DNA of 64,000 nucleotides. It comes from Verrucomicrobiota bacterium. Its GTDB lineage: Bacteria; Verrucomicrobiota; Verrucomicrobiia; Limisphaerales; UBA11358. The position numbers were made by a program, and so were the translations under genes. This document shows positions 26,912 through 38,082 of this stretch, piece after piece. The notes under the pieces are model-generated. The model did no database searches. It worked only from the letters and a program-made list of their open reading frames with translations, and was not told the DNA's origin. Numbering within the stretch: position 1 is the first letter of the stretch; each line of letters starts with the position of its first letter. The stretch is from the NCBI GenBank assembly GCA_050008355.1, contig JBEKMT010000007.1, positions 7,844 through 71,843 of the forward strand, written 5' to 3'.

Positions 26912-29509
26912 ATGCGCACAAAGCCTGATCCTGCAGTTGCCTGGCCCGAATCCAGTCGCGGCTTTTGGGGCCATCTGGTTTCATTGTGGATCTGGCGGAT
27001 GGCGTGGCGTGATACCCGCACGAACCGCCGCAAACTGGCATTGTATTCTTCTTCGATCGTGCTGGGGATCGCCGCGCTGGCGGCGATCGGCGCACTGGGC
27101 GCCAATCTGGAACGGGCCATTGAAGAACAAACCAAGACCCTGCTTGGCGCGGACCTGGTGCTCCAATCGCAGGATGCATTCACCCCGGAAGCCGAAAAAC
27201 TGTTCCAGAGCCTCGGCGGCGAACAGGCTCGCGAGATTTCCTTGACCACCATGGTGTATTTCCCGCGCACCGATAATACCCGGCTCGTGCAGGTTCATGC
27301 ACTCAGCGGCAACTTTCCTTTTTATGGAAAACTTGAAACCGAACCGGTGGATGCCGGCGAAACGTTCCGCAAAGCAGGAACGGGCTTGCTGGCGGAAGAC
27401 AGTCTGCTGACCGAGTTTGACGCACGGGTGGGCGACAGCATTCGCATCGGTAATTTAACCACGAATATATCAGGCCGGCTGTTAAAAGTTCCCGGCGAGA
27501 CGATTGGCCTATCGGCCATCGCCCCGCGAATTTATATCGCAATGAGCGATCTGCCCCGGACTGGTCTGTTTCAACCGGGAAGTCTGGCGCGCTTTGCCAC
27601 CTATTTCAAATTCGGACCGGATGCCGATGTTGCGGCACTCGTCGAGCGCATCCGGCCGCAACTTGATAAACTTCGCCTGCGTCCCGACACGGTCGAGGAA
27701 CGCAAACACGACCTCGGACGTTCAATGGACAACCTGTATCACTTCTTAAATTTGGTGGGTTTCATCGCGCTGTTGCTCGGCGGAGTGGGCATTGCAAGCG
27801 CCATCCATCTACACGTCAAACAAAAGCTTGGCACCGTGGCAGTGCTCCGTTGTCTCGGCAGCTCAATGTCCCAGACTTTCGCCATTTATCTCGCACAGGG
27901 CATGGCTCTTGGTCTGTTCGGGGCCTTGCTCGGCGGCGCATTGGGCCTGGCGATTCAATTCTCCCTTCCCAAAATCATGGCCGATTTCATCCCGTTCACG
28001 TTTCAATCTCACATGGCCTGGCTGGCAATCGGGCGTGCCATGGCCATCGGTTTCGGGTGTTGCCTGATGTTTTCCTTGTTACCACTTCTGACCGTGCGAA
28101 AAGTTTCGCCGTTGGCTGCCCTTCGTGTTTCGTTTGAGTTGCAGCCGGCCCGGCATGATCCATTGCGCTGGCTCACGGGCGCCAGCCTGGCCGCCGGCAT
28201 CGTCGGTTTTGCCCTCTTGCAAAGCCGCGACTGGCGCGTGGGTCTTGGGTTTTGCGTTGGTTTGGGTGTGGTGTTTGGAGCCCTGACTGTCACGGCCAAA
28301 CTTCTGGTATCGGCCACCCGGAACTATGTCCCCGCCAACCTGCCGTTTGCCGTGCGGCAGGGAGTTGCCAATCTGCATCGCCCCAATAACCGCACCTTGT
28401 TGCTCCTGTTGTCGCTCGGCCTCGGCACGTTTCTGATGGTGAGCCTCTATCTGGTACAGCATGTCTTATTAACACAACTGATTAATGCGAGCGGTAAAAA
28501 CCAGCCGAACGCGGTGCTCTTTGACATTCAAACTAGCCAGTTGGAACCACTGAACACACTCATTCGCTTGCTGGCCTTGCCGATCCTGGATGAAACTCCC
28601 ATTATCACCATGCGATTAAGTTCGGTCAAAGGCCGCTCGGTGGATTCGCTTTTGTCCAATCGGCCCCGGGATGGCCGGGGCTGGGTGTTTCGCCGCGAGT
28701 ATCGCAGCACGTTCACCGATCATTTGCACGACGGCGAAAGAATTACTGCCGGCCAATGGGTTTCTCAGGTGGCCCCCGACTCCACCAACGTGGTGCCGAT
28801 CTCATTGGAAGAGGGCATCGCCAAGGATCTGCAAGTCGGCTTGGGTGATGAATTGGTTTTTGATGTGCAGGGCGTTGCGGTCGCAACGCGCGTGGCCAGC
28901 CTGCGCGAAGTTGAATGGCGGCGCATCCAGCCGAATTTCTTTGTCGTATTTCCGCGCGGCGTGTTGGAAAGCGCTCCAGCCATGCATGTGCTGGTCACCC
29001 GCGTAAGCTCCAGCCAGGACTCAGCCCGGATGCAGCGGGCGGTCGTGAAATCTTTCCCTAACGTCTCGGTCATTGATCTAACCTTGGTTCTGCAAACGGT
29101 GGATGCCATCCTGACCAAAATTTCTTTTGTCATCCGGTTCATGGCCTTGTTCACGGTCCTGACGGGGCTGCTGGTGTTAATCAGCGCACTGGCCGCTGGT
29201 CGCTACCAACGCCTCCAGGAAAGTGTGTTGCTGCGGACGCTCGGGGCTTCGCGCGGGCAGATTCTTAGAATTCTTCTGGTCGAATATTTTGCCCTTGGAT
29301 TTCTGGCTGCGCTGACGGGAATCTTATTGGCGGTGATCGCCGCCTGGGTGCTGACACGGTTTGTCTTCCACTCACCCTTCGTCCTGGAATGGGAATCCGT
29401 GCTAATTTCTTTGGTGCTGGTGACCGGGCTCACGGTCACGGTTGGCTTCTTGATGAGTCTCGGAATATTAAGCCAATCGCCTTTGAAGATATTGCGCACA
29501 GAAGTTTAA
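26912..29509 (+). CDS. ybbP: ABC transporter permease, duplicated FtsX domains (YbbP-like)
   Basis: RMAWRD, LLGADL, two FtsX-like TM blocks and LRTLGASRGQI. Follows ybbA. Confidence 0.88.
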   Translation: MRTKPDPAVAWPESSRGFWGHLVSLWIWRMAWRDTRTNRRKLALYSSSIVLGIAALAAIGALGANLERAIEEQTKTLLGADLVLQSQDAFTPEAEKLFQSLGGEQAREISLTTMVYFPRTDNTRLVQVHALSGNFPFYGKLETEPVDAGETFRKAGTGLLAEDSLLTEFDARVGDSIRIGNLTTNISGRLLKVPGETIGLSAIAPRIYIAMSDLPRTGLFQPGSLARFATYFKFGPDADVAALVERIRPQLDKLRLRPDTVEERKHDLGRSMDNLYHFLNLVGFIALLLGGVGIASAIHLHVKQKLGTVAVLRCLGSSMSQTFAIYLAQGMALGLFGALLGGALGLAIQFSLPKIMADFIPFTFQSHMAWLAIGRAMAIGFGCCLMFSLLPLLTVRKVSPLAALRVSFELQPARHDPLRWLTGASLAAGIVGFALLQSRDWRVGLGFCVGLGVVFGALTVTAKLLVSATRNYVPANLPFAVRQGVANLHRPNNRTLLLLLSLGLGTFLMVSLYLVQHVLLTQLINASGKNQPNAVLFDIQTSQLEPLNTLIRLLALPILDETPIITMRLSSVKGRSVDSLLSNRPRDGRGWVFRREYRSTFTDHLHDGERITAGQWVSQVAPDSTNVVPISLEEGIAKDLQVGLGDELVFDVQGVAVATRVASLREVEWRRIQPNFFVVFPRGVLESAPAMHVLVTRVSSSQDSARMQRAVVKSFPNVSVIDLTLVLQTVDAILTKISFVIRFMALFTVLTGLLVLISALAAGRYQRLQESVLLRTLGASRGQILRILLVEYFALGFLAALTGILLAVIAAWVLTRFVFHSPFVLEWESVLISLVLVTGLTVTVGFLMSLGILSQSPLKILRTEV

Positions 29510-29927
29510 GACTATGCTGTGCCACTACCGAATTGATGCGGGCGATTTGGCTATACATGTTCAATAGTGACAGAATAGGCGATATGCTGTGCGTCAGAGA
29601 TGCAGACGAGATGCATATGGAGTTCGCGGCACCTGACTTCCAGGCTACCGGGAGAAGGTTGCTTTGAGGAACGATGCAGAACATGAGAGCGATAAATATT
29701 CCAATGCATATGTTCGGAGAGAACCGCTTGTAGTTTTCAGACCAAATATTCGGGTTTCAAAGTTCATGCTCCGTGGAAACACCTTTCCGCAACGCTTTGA
29801 ATGTCTTGGTTTCGAGCGTCTTGCACACATGCCATTGCGTCAGTCTTCGAAGCCCCCGGCTGCTCTTGGCTGACAATCGCAAATAATGATTCCTCGCCCT
29901 CCAACTTCTGGAGTATCCCAAAAGCAC

Positions 29928-29961
29928 AAAGCCGCCTGCGATCGCAATCGCGGGCGGCTTT
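29928..29961. terminator. Bidirectional intrinsic terminator downstream of rpoD
   Basis: AAAGCCGCCTGCGAT-CGCA-ATCGCGGGCGGCTTT hairpin flanked by short A and T runs, 17 bp after the rpoD stop. Confidence 0.7.
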
Positions 29962-29978
29962 AATGAATTCAGATTTGC

Positions 29979-31853
29979 TTAAGCCGGTTCGGCTCCTTCA
30001 AGGAAACCTTGCAAATGGCGTACGCGCGTCGGGTGACGCAGCTTGCGCAACGCTTTCGCCTCGATCTGGCGGATGCGTTCGCGTGTGACGTTATACATCT
30101 TGCCGATTTCTTCGAGTGTGCGTTCGTAGCCGTCCAAAAGCCCGAATCGCATCTCAAGAATCTTCCGTTCGCGCTCGGTCAGGGTTGTCAACACGTCGCT
30201 CAATTTTTCCCGCAACAGACTGTAACTCGTCACGTCGGACGGATTCTCTGCCGACTTGTCTTCGATGAAATCGCCCACGCTGACATCGCCGTCATCACCG
30301 ACGGGCGCGTGCAGCGAAACCGGTTGTTGGGCCATTTTCAGCAACGCGTGGATGCGCGCGACCGGCATGTGCATTTCGTCCGCCAATTCTTCCGGCGTGG
30401 GTTCGCGGCCCAACTCCTGCGTGAGTTGCTTCTGCGCCCGCCACAGTTTGTTCATGATTTCGATCATGTGGACCGGAATACGAATCGTGCGCGCCTGGTC
30501 GGCGATAGAGCGCGTGATCGCCTGCCGAATCCACCAGATGGCGTAGGTCGAAAATTTGTAACCGCGACGATACTCGAACTTCTCCACACCTTTCATCAAA
30601 CCGATGTTGCCTTCCTGAATCAAATCCAGGAACGACTGCCCGCGGTTTGTGTATTTCTTGGCGACGGAAACGACGAGACGCAAGTTGGCTTCCGCCATGT
30701 GCGTTTTCGCCTTCAAACCGCGTTCGGCTGCGGCTTTCAAATCCTTGAACGACTTGAAAAAGTCCTCGCGCGGCATCCGCACAAATTGTTCGAGGGTTGA
30801 GATTTTCTGCTGCTCCGCCTCGATCGCCGAACGACGTTCGGCCGTATTCCGGTGCGTCTCCAGTTCCTGCAAATGCCTGATGCTGGACTGAAACTTCTCG
30901 TAAATGTTGCCGGCAACGACAATCATTTCCTCGGCCACTTTTTGTTTATAGTAGAACTTGGCAAACATGTCCTGCAGTTTCAGGCCGATCTTGTGCAACT
31001 CACGCGCCAGCTTTTCTTTCCGGCCCTTCTGCTGCGCCTTTTGCCATTGGAAATATTTTTCGTCCACTTTTTGGTCGGCCATATGGACTTTCTTGATGAG
31101 TGTGCGCAGGTCTTTCAGGTGACCTTCGCGATTGGCGATCTTTTTATCAACGATCACGCGGTCAAAGCGCTCCTTGGGAGGCTCGGACAACAGTTTTTCG
31201 GCGATGGCGATGTGTTCCTTCGCCGTGAACCCGAGAATGTAAATGATGCCCTTCATCGCGATCTCAGCCTCTTCGATCTTCTTGCAAATCTCGACCTCTT
31301 GTTCGCGGGTGAGCAGGGGAACCTTGCCCATCTGGTTCATGTACATGCGGACCGGATCGTCCAGGATTTCCAGGCGTGAATCTTCGTCAGCCGCTTCTTC
31401 CGGCTGCTCGGGCTGCTTTCGCTCGGCTCGTTCCGCCTCGGCCTGGTCCATGACGATTTCCACGTCCAGACTGCGCAGCTTGGTCAACAGCACATCCAGA
31501 TCGTCCGGGCTCAAGTTGTCCGGCAGAACATCGTTGATGTCGTCGTAAGTTACATAGCCGTGTTCCTGCCCGAGATGCACGAGCGTCTTGATTGTCTCGG
31601 TCAAATCCACGGTGGAGGTTGGAGAGGATGGCGCGGCGGCGGCTTGGCCGTTCGTCGGCTTGGCCGAAGCTGTTGGAGTCGGCGCAACCGATTTTACCTT
31701 AACTGGTTCCGCTGGTAAAGTTTCAGGCTTGAGGGCTTTGCTGGAAATGACAAACCGCCGACGAACCGGGGCGGTTTTGGCCTTGGCCGGCTTGTCGTTG
31801 CGATGACTTTCGCGCGACGCATTTTTAGGCGTCGTAACTTTGCGTTTCAACAT
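29979..31853 (-). CDS. rpoD: RNA polymerase sigma-70 factor RpoD
   Basis: Region 1.1 ([13 protein letters not shown]), 1.2 ([12 protein letters not shown]), 2 ([30 protein letters not shown]) and 4 ([24 protein letters not shown]). Confidence 0.95.
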   Translation of the reverse strand: MLKRKVTTPKNASRESHRNDKPAKAKTAPVRRRFVISSKALKPETLPAEPVKVKSVAPTPTASAKPTNGQAAAAPSSPTSTVDLTETIKTLVHLGQEHGYVTYDDINDVLPDNLSPDDLDVLLTKLRSLDVEIVMDQAEAERAERKQPEQPEEAADEDSRLEILDDPVRMYMNQMGKVPLLTREQEVEICKKIEEAEIAMKGIIYILGFTAKEHIAIAEKLLSEPPKERFDRVIVDKKIANREGHLKDLRTLIKKVHMADQKVDEKYFQWQKAQQKGRKEKLARELHKIGLKLQDMFAKFYYKQKVAEEMIVVAGNIYEKFQSSIRHLQELETHRNTAERRSAIEAEQQKISTLEQFVRMPREDFFKSFKDLKAAAERGLKAKTHMAEANLRLVVSVAKKYTNRGQSFLDLIQEGNIGLMKGVEKFEYRRGYKFSTYAIWWIRQAITRSIADQARTIRIPVHMIEIMNKLWRAQKQLTQELGREPTPEELADEMHMPVARIHALLKMAQQPVSLHAPVGDDGDVSVGDFIEDKSAENPSDVTSYSLLREKLSDVLTTLTERERKILEMRFGLLDGYERTLEEIGKMYNVTRERIRQIEAKALRKLRHPTRVRHLQGFLEGAEPA

Positions 31854-32103
31854 AAATATCTGACCGGGAAATTCCGTTTCAGTTCAGAGAAAATCCTCTC
31901 CGACCGCGGAAATGCGGCTTCTGACGACTCACCTTTACAGGTTTCCATGAATCCAGGATCGCGAATACCAGAAGACTGACGCGGCGTTAAAAATAGCAGC
32001 TTTTGGGAGAATTTCAAGGATAATCTTTTCTTCACAAAGCAATGCAACTTACTGCTTTTATCAACCTAAGCTGCTTTACATGATGGAATTGTAGATTATC
32101 TAA

Positions 32104-33027
32104 TCAAAGCAATGACTGCACTTTGGCCACGTCCAGATTAATTTGCCGGCGTAGCTCCTCCAGTGAGTCAAATCTCCGCTCTTCGCGCAGTTTTTCACCT
32201 ATTTCCAGCTCCAACTCGGCGCCGTAGAGATCGCCATCGTAGTTCAGCAAATGCGCCTCGACCCGCAATTGTGGCTTCGGCGATGCCAGCGTCGGGCGCA
32301 AACCGATATTCAGCGCTGCTCGGTAAAATTGCCCCTGCAGCTTCGTGGCTGCTACGTAAACACCGTTGGGTGGCAGGGTAAGGCGGGTCACCTCCAGATT
32401 GGCCGTCGGAAATCCGAATTTACGGCCCAGCTTGTCGCCCTCAACGACGCGACCACAAATCGTGTAGGGCCGTCCGAGCATCTGGCTGGCTGCGTCAAAA
32501 TCTCCCGCACGAATCGTCTCCCTAATCCGCGTGCTGCTTACGACCTGTCCGTCCAGGGAAACGGCGGCCAGCCCGTGTACCAGAAAATTCAGTTCCTGGC
32601 CGAGTGTTTTCAGCAAACCTACATTCCCACTCCGTTTGTATCCGAAAACAAAATCGGCGCCGACACAAACGCTCTGGATTTTTCCCAAATCGCGCGCCAG
32701 CTCAGAAATAAAGGTTCCGCCGGATTTCTCACTAAAGCTCCGGTCAAAATGAATCTCCAGCAAGGCATCCACTCCCAGTGCTTCAATCGCACGCAGCTTT
32801 TGTGATGGTGAATAAATCAGCGGCGGCACGCGGTCCGGCGACACGACAGAATTCGGATGGCGATCAAAGGTGATCACCAGCGCAATTCCGTCTTGCAAGC
32901 GAGCATCGGCAATGGTCTGCCGGATGATTTGCTGGTGGCCGAGATGCACCCCGTCAAAAACTCCAATGGCTAGGCAAACTTTGCGGTTGCCTTGCCCAAG
33001 CTCATCCGCGGCATGGATGATTTTCAT
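32104..33027 (-). CDS. ribF: Bifunctional riboflavin kinase / FAD synthetase
   Basis: GVFDGVHLGHQ, VSSTRIR, GFPTAN and LREERRF motifs. Confidence 0.96.
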   Translation of the reverse strand: MKIIHAADELGQGNRKVCLAIGVFDGVHLGHQQIIRQTIADARLQDGIALVITFDRHPNSVVSPDRVPPLIYSPSQKLRAIEALGVDALLEIHFDRSFSEKSGGTFISELARDLGKIQSVCVGADFVFGYKRSGNVGLLKTLGQELNFLVHGLAAVSLDGQVVSSTRIRETIRAGDFDAASQMLGRPYTICGRVVEGDKLGRKFGFPTANLEVTRLTLPPNGVYVAATKLQGQFYRAALNIGLRPTLASPKPQLRVEAHLLNYDGDLYGAELELEIGEKLREERRFDSLEELRRQINLDVAKVQSLL

Positions 33028-33212
33028 CGGCGTCCTTAAACTGTATCGTTTAGCGAACTTGACTGGACCGGAAGCAAAACTCGATTGTCGAATTACTATG
33101 ATCTAATCCAGGTCCAGGAATCAGGTTCCCGGTCTCGGTGCACGTGTTCATATCGGATGCGGTCGATGGGAGTTTCTCCGGTATTTAGATGTTTGTACCT
33201 GGAGCTTTAATA

Positions 33213-33926
33213 TCAGGCCACCATCAGTTTCAAGAACGGCATCACGCGGGTTCCGAGTTCCAAGGGTGTCATTTTCAAAATCGTATCAAGTGGTATCGCG
33301 TCGGACACGTCAAATTTTCCGGAAGCACTGCGCCGCAAGGTCGTCAGGTGCGCCCCGCATCCTAGCTTCTGTCCGAGATCATGCGCCAGGCTGCGGATGT
33401 AGGTGCCCTTGGTGCAGGCAACGCGGAAGGTTGCGAGCGGTTCGGTGTACCCCGTGAAGCGGAAATTATAGATGTGAATCAAGCGTGGTTCGCGTTCGAT
33501 TTCAATTCCTTTGCGCGCAAGTTTATACAACGGCACGCCGTCTTTTTTGATCGCGGAAACCATGGGCGGAACCTGTAGCAGGTCGCCGATGAAAGCTGCG
33601 GCCTCCTCGTTCAACTGGTTGAGTGTCATCGGCATTACCGGGAGCGAGCCGGTCAGTTCGCCGTCGGAATCATAACTGTCGGTGGATTCGCCGAACTTGA
33701 TCGTGCCCTCGTACACTTTGTCGTCGCCCATTAGCCGCTCGGACAATTTTGTGCCGCGCCCCAGTACGATGATCAGCAGGCCGGTGGCATTCGGATCTAG
33801 TGTGCCGCAGTGGCCGACTTTCTTGATTTGAAAGCGGCGCCGAATCGCATCCACGACATCATGCGAAGTTGGGCCGGCGGGTTTGTCCACGAGGATGGCG
33901 CCGTCGAACGCGGAGAATTCTTGCAT
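33213..33926 (-). CDS. truB: tRNA pseudouridine(55) synthase
   Basis: DKPAGPTSHDVV, KVGHCGTLDP and CTKGTYIRSL motifs. Confidence 0.97.
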   Translation of the reverse strand: MQEFSAFDGAILVDKPAGPTSHDVVDAIRRRFQIKKVGHCGTLDPNATGLLIIVLGRGTKLSERLMGDDKVYEGTIKFGESTDSYDSDGELTGSLPVMPMTLNQLNEEAAAFIGDLLQVPPMVSAIKKDGVPLYKLARKGIEIEREPRLIHIYNFRFTGYTEPLATFRVACTKGTYIRSLAHDLGQKLGCGAHLTTLRRSASGKFDVSDAIPLDTILKMTPLELGTRVMPFLKLMVA

Positions 33927-33932
33927 AGAAAA

Positions 33933-34916
33933 TTAACCCGCCGCCTTGAGCGCCTTCTTGATCGCCGCAATCATCTTGCGCTGCACCGACAGCGGTTTGC
34001 CGAAGACCCTGGCGCCGGCCGCCGCCGGGTGGCCGCCGCCGCCGAATTGCGCGGCGACCTCGTTTACGCTTACGTTCGCATGTTTGGACCGGAGGCTGAT
34101 GCGCGTCAACTCGGGTTCAATTTCTTCAAACACGCAGGCGACCACAACCGGTTCAATCGCGCGGATATGATCAATCAAACCCTCCGTATCGTCGCTCTCC
34201 GCGCCGGTGCGTTGAAAATCTGCTTTCTTCAACCAGAACCATGCGATCTTGTCATCGGCGGCCAGACGGAATTTACTGTAAACGTGCTTAAGCAGCTTCG
34301 CTCGCGAGAGCGGGTACGACTGGTAAACTTCATTGCAGATTTTCGCCAGGCTGGCGCCACGTGTTACGAGCTCTGCGCCAGCGTGAAATGTGCCGGAGCG
34401 AGTGGTCCCGTACTGGAACGAACCGGTGTCGGTCGAAATCGCCGTGAACAGAAGGTCGGCAATCGGTTTGGTGATCGGCCATTGTGCGACTTTCAACAAG
34501 CGATAGATTAATTCCCCGCAGGAAGGATCCCGGGGCGAAACCCAGTTGACATCGGCGTATCGCGGGTTGCTGATGTGATGGTCAATATTGATGAATACTT
34601 TCCGCGAACGGATGCATTCGCCGACGCGGCCCAGACGCTCAAAACTCGCGCAATCCGTCGCGATGACACAGTCGAATTTTTCGCCATGCCTCGGCTTGTG
34701 GAACAACGCTTCCGTGTTAAGAAATTTGTATTTTTGAGGGACGGAATCCTGGTTCCAGACGGTGATCTTTTTGCCGGCGTTGCGCAGCGCCAGCGCCAGC
34801 GCCAGTTGCGATCCGATGCAATCTCCATCGGGACGGATATGGCCAACGATGCAAAAGGTCTCGTGTTGGCGGATGACTTCGAGGATGCGATCAATGATTT
34901 TCGGATACGACTTCAT
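33933..34916 (-). CDS. nrnA: DHH/DHHA1 phosphoesterase (NrnA-like oligoribonuclease / pAp phosphatase)
   Basis: HIRPDGDCIGS, NIDHH, TDTGSF, SLRS and GGGGHPAAAG. Typical position between rbfA and truB. Confidence 0.9.
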   Translation of the reverse strand: MKSYPKIIDRILEVIRQHETFCIVGHIRPDGDCIGSQLALALALRNAGKKITVWNQDSVPQKYKFLNTEALFHKPRHGEKFDCVIATDCASFERLGRVGECIRSRKVFINIDHHISNPRYADVNWVSPRDPSCGELIYRLLKVAQWPITKPIADLLFTAISTDTGSFQYGTTRSGTFHAGAELVTRGASLAKICNEVYQSYPLSRAKLLKHVYSKFRLAADDKIAWFWLKKADFQRTGAESDDTEGLIDHIRAIEPVVVACVFEEIEPELTRISLRSKHANVSVNEVAAQFGGGGHPAAAGARVFGKPLSVQRKMIAAIKKALKAAG

Positions 34917-34985
34917 GTTAACAACCGGCGGGCAGATTGCGTGGATTTCGGAAGAAAATAAAACCAAAAATGACGCCTCGCCCGT

Positions 34986-35366
34986 TCATTGCGGTTCTGC
35001 CGGACGGTCTGCGGCGCGACCGGTGCCTTGTTCTAATTCTTCAATGATCTGCAAAACGTGGTTCCCTCGAACAATGGAATCGTCCACGACAAACTTAAGC
35101 GTGGGGGTGAACTTTAGCACCACAGCCCGGCCAACCAGCCCCTGGATGCGGATGCGGTGCTCGTTAAGCACTTGCAAGCCCCGCTTCTGCTGTTCGGCAT
35201 TGCCCAAGACACTGACGAAGACCACCGCGGATTTCAAATCACCGCCCACATCCACATCGTTGACGGTAATGAGTCCAACGTCATTGACATGAAATTCCCT
35301 GCGAATGGCCTCGCCGATCTCGCGCTTCAATAATTCGCGCACACGCTCGTGTCGGAGATTAGGCAT
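34986..35366 (-). CDS. rbfA: Ribosome-binding factor A
   Basis: LRHERVRELLKREI..DLKSAVVFVS..LKFTPTLKF..DDS. Start MPNLRH at 35366. Confidence 0.94.
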   Translation of the reverse strand: MPNLRHERVRELLKREIGEAIRREFHVNDVGLITVNDVDVGGDLKSAVVFVSVLGNAEQQKRGLQVLNEHRIRIQGLVGRAVVLKFTPTLKFVVDDSIVRGNHVLQIIEELEQGTGRAADRPAEPQ

Positions 35367-35444
35367 GGTACATGATTCCTCAAATTCCCGAATCGTCAAA
35401 TCGCGAACCGGTTCGACAATCACCCGGTTCTGCGGCTCAATTCT

Positions 35445-37979
35445 TCATAATTTCGCCGCGACCTTTTCCACTGTGTAACACTCAATCGCGTCCCCCACTT
35501 GGAATTCACTGTATCCCTCGATGCGCAGACCGCATTCCATGCCAGCGCGCACCTCGTTGACTTCATCTTGGAAGCGGCGCAGGGATTGGAGGATGCCCTC
35601 GTAGATGATGTCTTTGCGGCGGCGGACGCGCACCTTGCCGCGCACAATGCGGCCGTTGCTGACCATGCAGCCGGCAACGGGCACACCCTTCGACAACTCG
35701 AAGATCTGCCGGACTTCCGCCGAGCCGACGATCACTTCTTTCAAGTCGGGATCCAGCAGGCCGGCCATCGAATCTTTTACCTGGTCGATCAATTCGTAAA
35801 TGATCGCGTACAGCTTGATTTGCACGCCGGTGTGTTTGGCCTTCTCAGCCGCTGTACTATCCACACGGGTGTGGAAACCGAGGATGACGCCTTGGGACGC
35901 CGATGCCATGGCGACGTCGTTTTCGGTGATGGCGCCAACGGCGCTATGCAGGACCTCGAGCGACACCTTGTCCGACTCGATTTTGTTCAAGGCCTCCACG
36001 ATCGCCTCGACCGAACCTTGTGTGTCCGCCTTGACGACCACCCGCAACACCTTGTTCTGAACCGCTTCCAGCGAGGCAAAAAGATTTTCCAAAGTGACTT
36101 TAGAGCGACTTTCCAGATCCTCGCTTTTCGAGGCGAAGGCGCGTTCTTCCGCGAGGGCGCGTGCGGATTTTTCGTCGTCCACGGAACTGAATTCCCACCC
36201 GGCTTCCGGCACACCGTTCAAGCCGAGCACACTCACCGCGACGGACGGACCGGCTTCCTTGAGCCGCTGGCCTTCTTCATTGATCAGCGCCCGCACCTTG
36301 CCGTAATACTCGCCGCAGATAATAACATCCCCGAGATGCAAAGTGCCCTTGCGAACAAGCACAGTCGCCGTCGGGCCGCCAGGCGCAACGCCGGATTCAA
36401 TCACATTGCCCTTCGCCCGGCGATTAGCATTCGCTTTCAACTCCAGCAGATCGGCCTGGAGCAAAATCATTTCCAGCAATTTGTCGATGCCTTGTTTGGT
36501 CAGCGCTGAACACTCAACAAAAATCGTGTCGCCGCCCCAGTCATCAGGCACCAGGCCCTTTTCCTGCAACTGCTGGCGCACTTTAAGTGGATTGGCGTTA
36601 GGATGATCAATCTTGTTGACCGCCACCAGGATCGGAACTTTTGCCGCCTTGGCGTGCGAAAGCGCTTCCAGGGTTTGCGGCATCACGCCGTCGTTGGCTG
36701 CGACAACCAGGACCACAATATCCGTAACATTGGCGCCACGTGCGCGCATGGAACTGAAGGCCGCGTGGCCGGGTGTGTCGAGAAAAGTGATTTGTGCCAG
36801 CTCGTTCTTGCGCTCGGGATGCGGAACTGAAATTGTGTAGGCGCCAATATGCTGGGTGATGCCGCCTGCTTCACCGGCGGCGACATTCGCCTTGCGGATC
36901 ACATCGAGCAGGGAGGTCTTGCCGTGGTCAACGTGGCCCATGATGGTCACGACCGGCGCGCGTGGCTTCAAATCCTCCGGCTTGTCGTCGACGTCGAGCT
37001 CAACTTTCTTGACCGACGTATGAACCACGCCTTCGCCTTTGGCACGTTTTTCCGCTTCAAACCGGAAACCATATTTGGCACAAAGTTGCGCGGCAATTTT
37101 TTCGTCCACCGTCTGGTTGACCGTGGCAAAAACGTTCAAGCCCATCAAATCCGCAATGATCTTGAACGGCTTTTGCTTCAGCCGGTCCGCCAGTTCGCGC
37201 ACGACAATCGGCGGTTTGATAATGATGACCTCGCCGCCCACGGGGGCGATAAATTTAGGCGCTGCGGGCGCGGCGGGCTTGGCGGGTTCGCGGGATGGCG
37301 GCAACGGACGGCCATCGCGTCCGCGTTGAAACTGCTGACGCTGGTCGCCGCGTTGATCTCCACGCTGGTCGCCGCGCGGTGGTTGGCCTGGGCGACTGCC
37401 GTTCTGGGGGCGGGGCGGTTGCGAACCACCTCGATCGCGATCACCAGGACGCGAAGATTGCGGACGCACCGGTAATTGGATGAAACCAACTTTTTCGCCA
37501 ACCTGCGGTTTCGGCGGTGTCGGCGGCAAGGGGGGGGCAGCAGGCCTTGATATGGCCGGCGCCACGGCGGACCCATCGGCCGTTGCGAGTGGCGTCTGGT
37601 CAACTGTCGCCTCGGGCTTGGTCTCAACAGAAGTGGCGCCAGTGGCAGCAATTGAAACCGCAGAGGATTCGGAGGTCGGCGCAAGCGCCGGGGCAGGCGT
37701 CGCTTCTGGCTGGGGCTCAGGCGGGGCCGCTTTAATGATAACAATCTTTTCCTCGACCGGCGCGGGTTTGGGAGCTTCCACGACCGGAGGGGTGGCCAGG
37801 CGGGCGACGACATCAGGACGATCCTTTAAGATCTCGCCTTCAAGCCACTCGGCGCTGATTTTATCCAGCGAGCTCGACGGAACCTTGGCGGCGGCAATGC
37901 CCAGCGACTTGGCCTTTGTGAGAATTTCTTTGCTCTCCAGACCAAATTTCTTCGCAATATCGTAGATACGAACGGGCAT
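35445..37979 (-). CDS. infB: Translation initiation factor IF-2
   Basis: [39 protein letters not shown] and NKID. Long Pro/Ala-rich N-terminal linker. Confidence 0.98.
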   Translation of the reverse strand: MPVRIYDIAKKFGLESKEILTKAKSLGIAAAKVPSSSLDKISAEWLEGEILKDRPDVVARLATPPVVEAPKPAPVEEKIVIIKAAPPEPQPEATPAPALAPTSESSAVSIAATGATSVETKPEATVDQTPLATADGSAVAPAISRPAAPPLPPTPPKPQVGEKVGFIQLPVRPQSSRPGDRDRGGSQPPRPQNGSRPGQPPRGDQRGDQRGDQRQQFQRGRDGRPLPPSREPAKPAAPAAPKFIAPVGGEVIIIKPPIVVRELADRLKQKPFKIIADLMGLNVFATVNQTVDEKIAAQLCAKYGFRFEAEKRAKGEGVVHTSVKKVELDVDDKPEDLKPRAPVVTIMGHVDHGKTSLLDVIRKANVAAGEAGGITQHIGAYTISVPHPERKNELAQITFLDTPGHAAFSSMRARGANVTDIVVLVVAANDGVMPQTLEALSHAKAAKVPILVAVNKIDHPNANPLKVRQQLQEKGLVPDDWGGDTIFVECSALTKQGIDKLLEMILLQADLLELKANANRRAKGNVIESGVAPGGPTATVLVRKGTLHLGDVIICGEYYGKVRALINEEGQRLKEAGPSVAVSVLGLNGVPEAGWEFSSVDDEKSARALAEERAFASKSEDLESRSKVTLENLFASLEAVQNKVLRVVVKADTQGSVEAIVEALNKIESDKVSLEVLHSAVGAITENDVAMASASQGVILGFHTRVDSTAAEKAKHTGVQIKLYAIIYELIDQVKDSMAGLLDPDLKEVIVGSAEVRQIFELSKGVPVAGCMVSNGRIVRGKVRVRRRKDIIYEGILQSLRRFQDEVNEVRAGMECGLRIEGYSEFQVGDAIECYTVEKVAAKL

Positions 37980-38082
37980 AATTTTCTTTCACCGACACCA
38001 ACCGAAATGGGCAATTCGCCTTCATGGCTCGAATCGCGCTGACAAGATTATACTATTTTCAGCCGGCGTCATAAATCTTCCA

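Noticed and set aside
33933-34916. DHH/DHHA1 protein as a dedicated c-di-AMP phosphodiesterase linked to the riboswitch
   Set aside because: Its position between rbfA and truB is the usual housekeeping NrnA context, and the sequence alone cannot assign that specificity.
37335-37380. 12-bp repeats encoding [12 protein letters not shown] in infB
   Set aside because: Low-complexity repeats are normal in the variable IF-2 N-terminal linker, and RGD has no meaning in a cytoplasmic protein.
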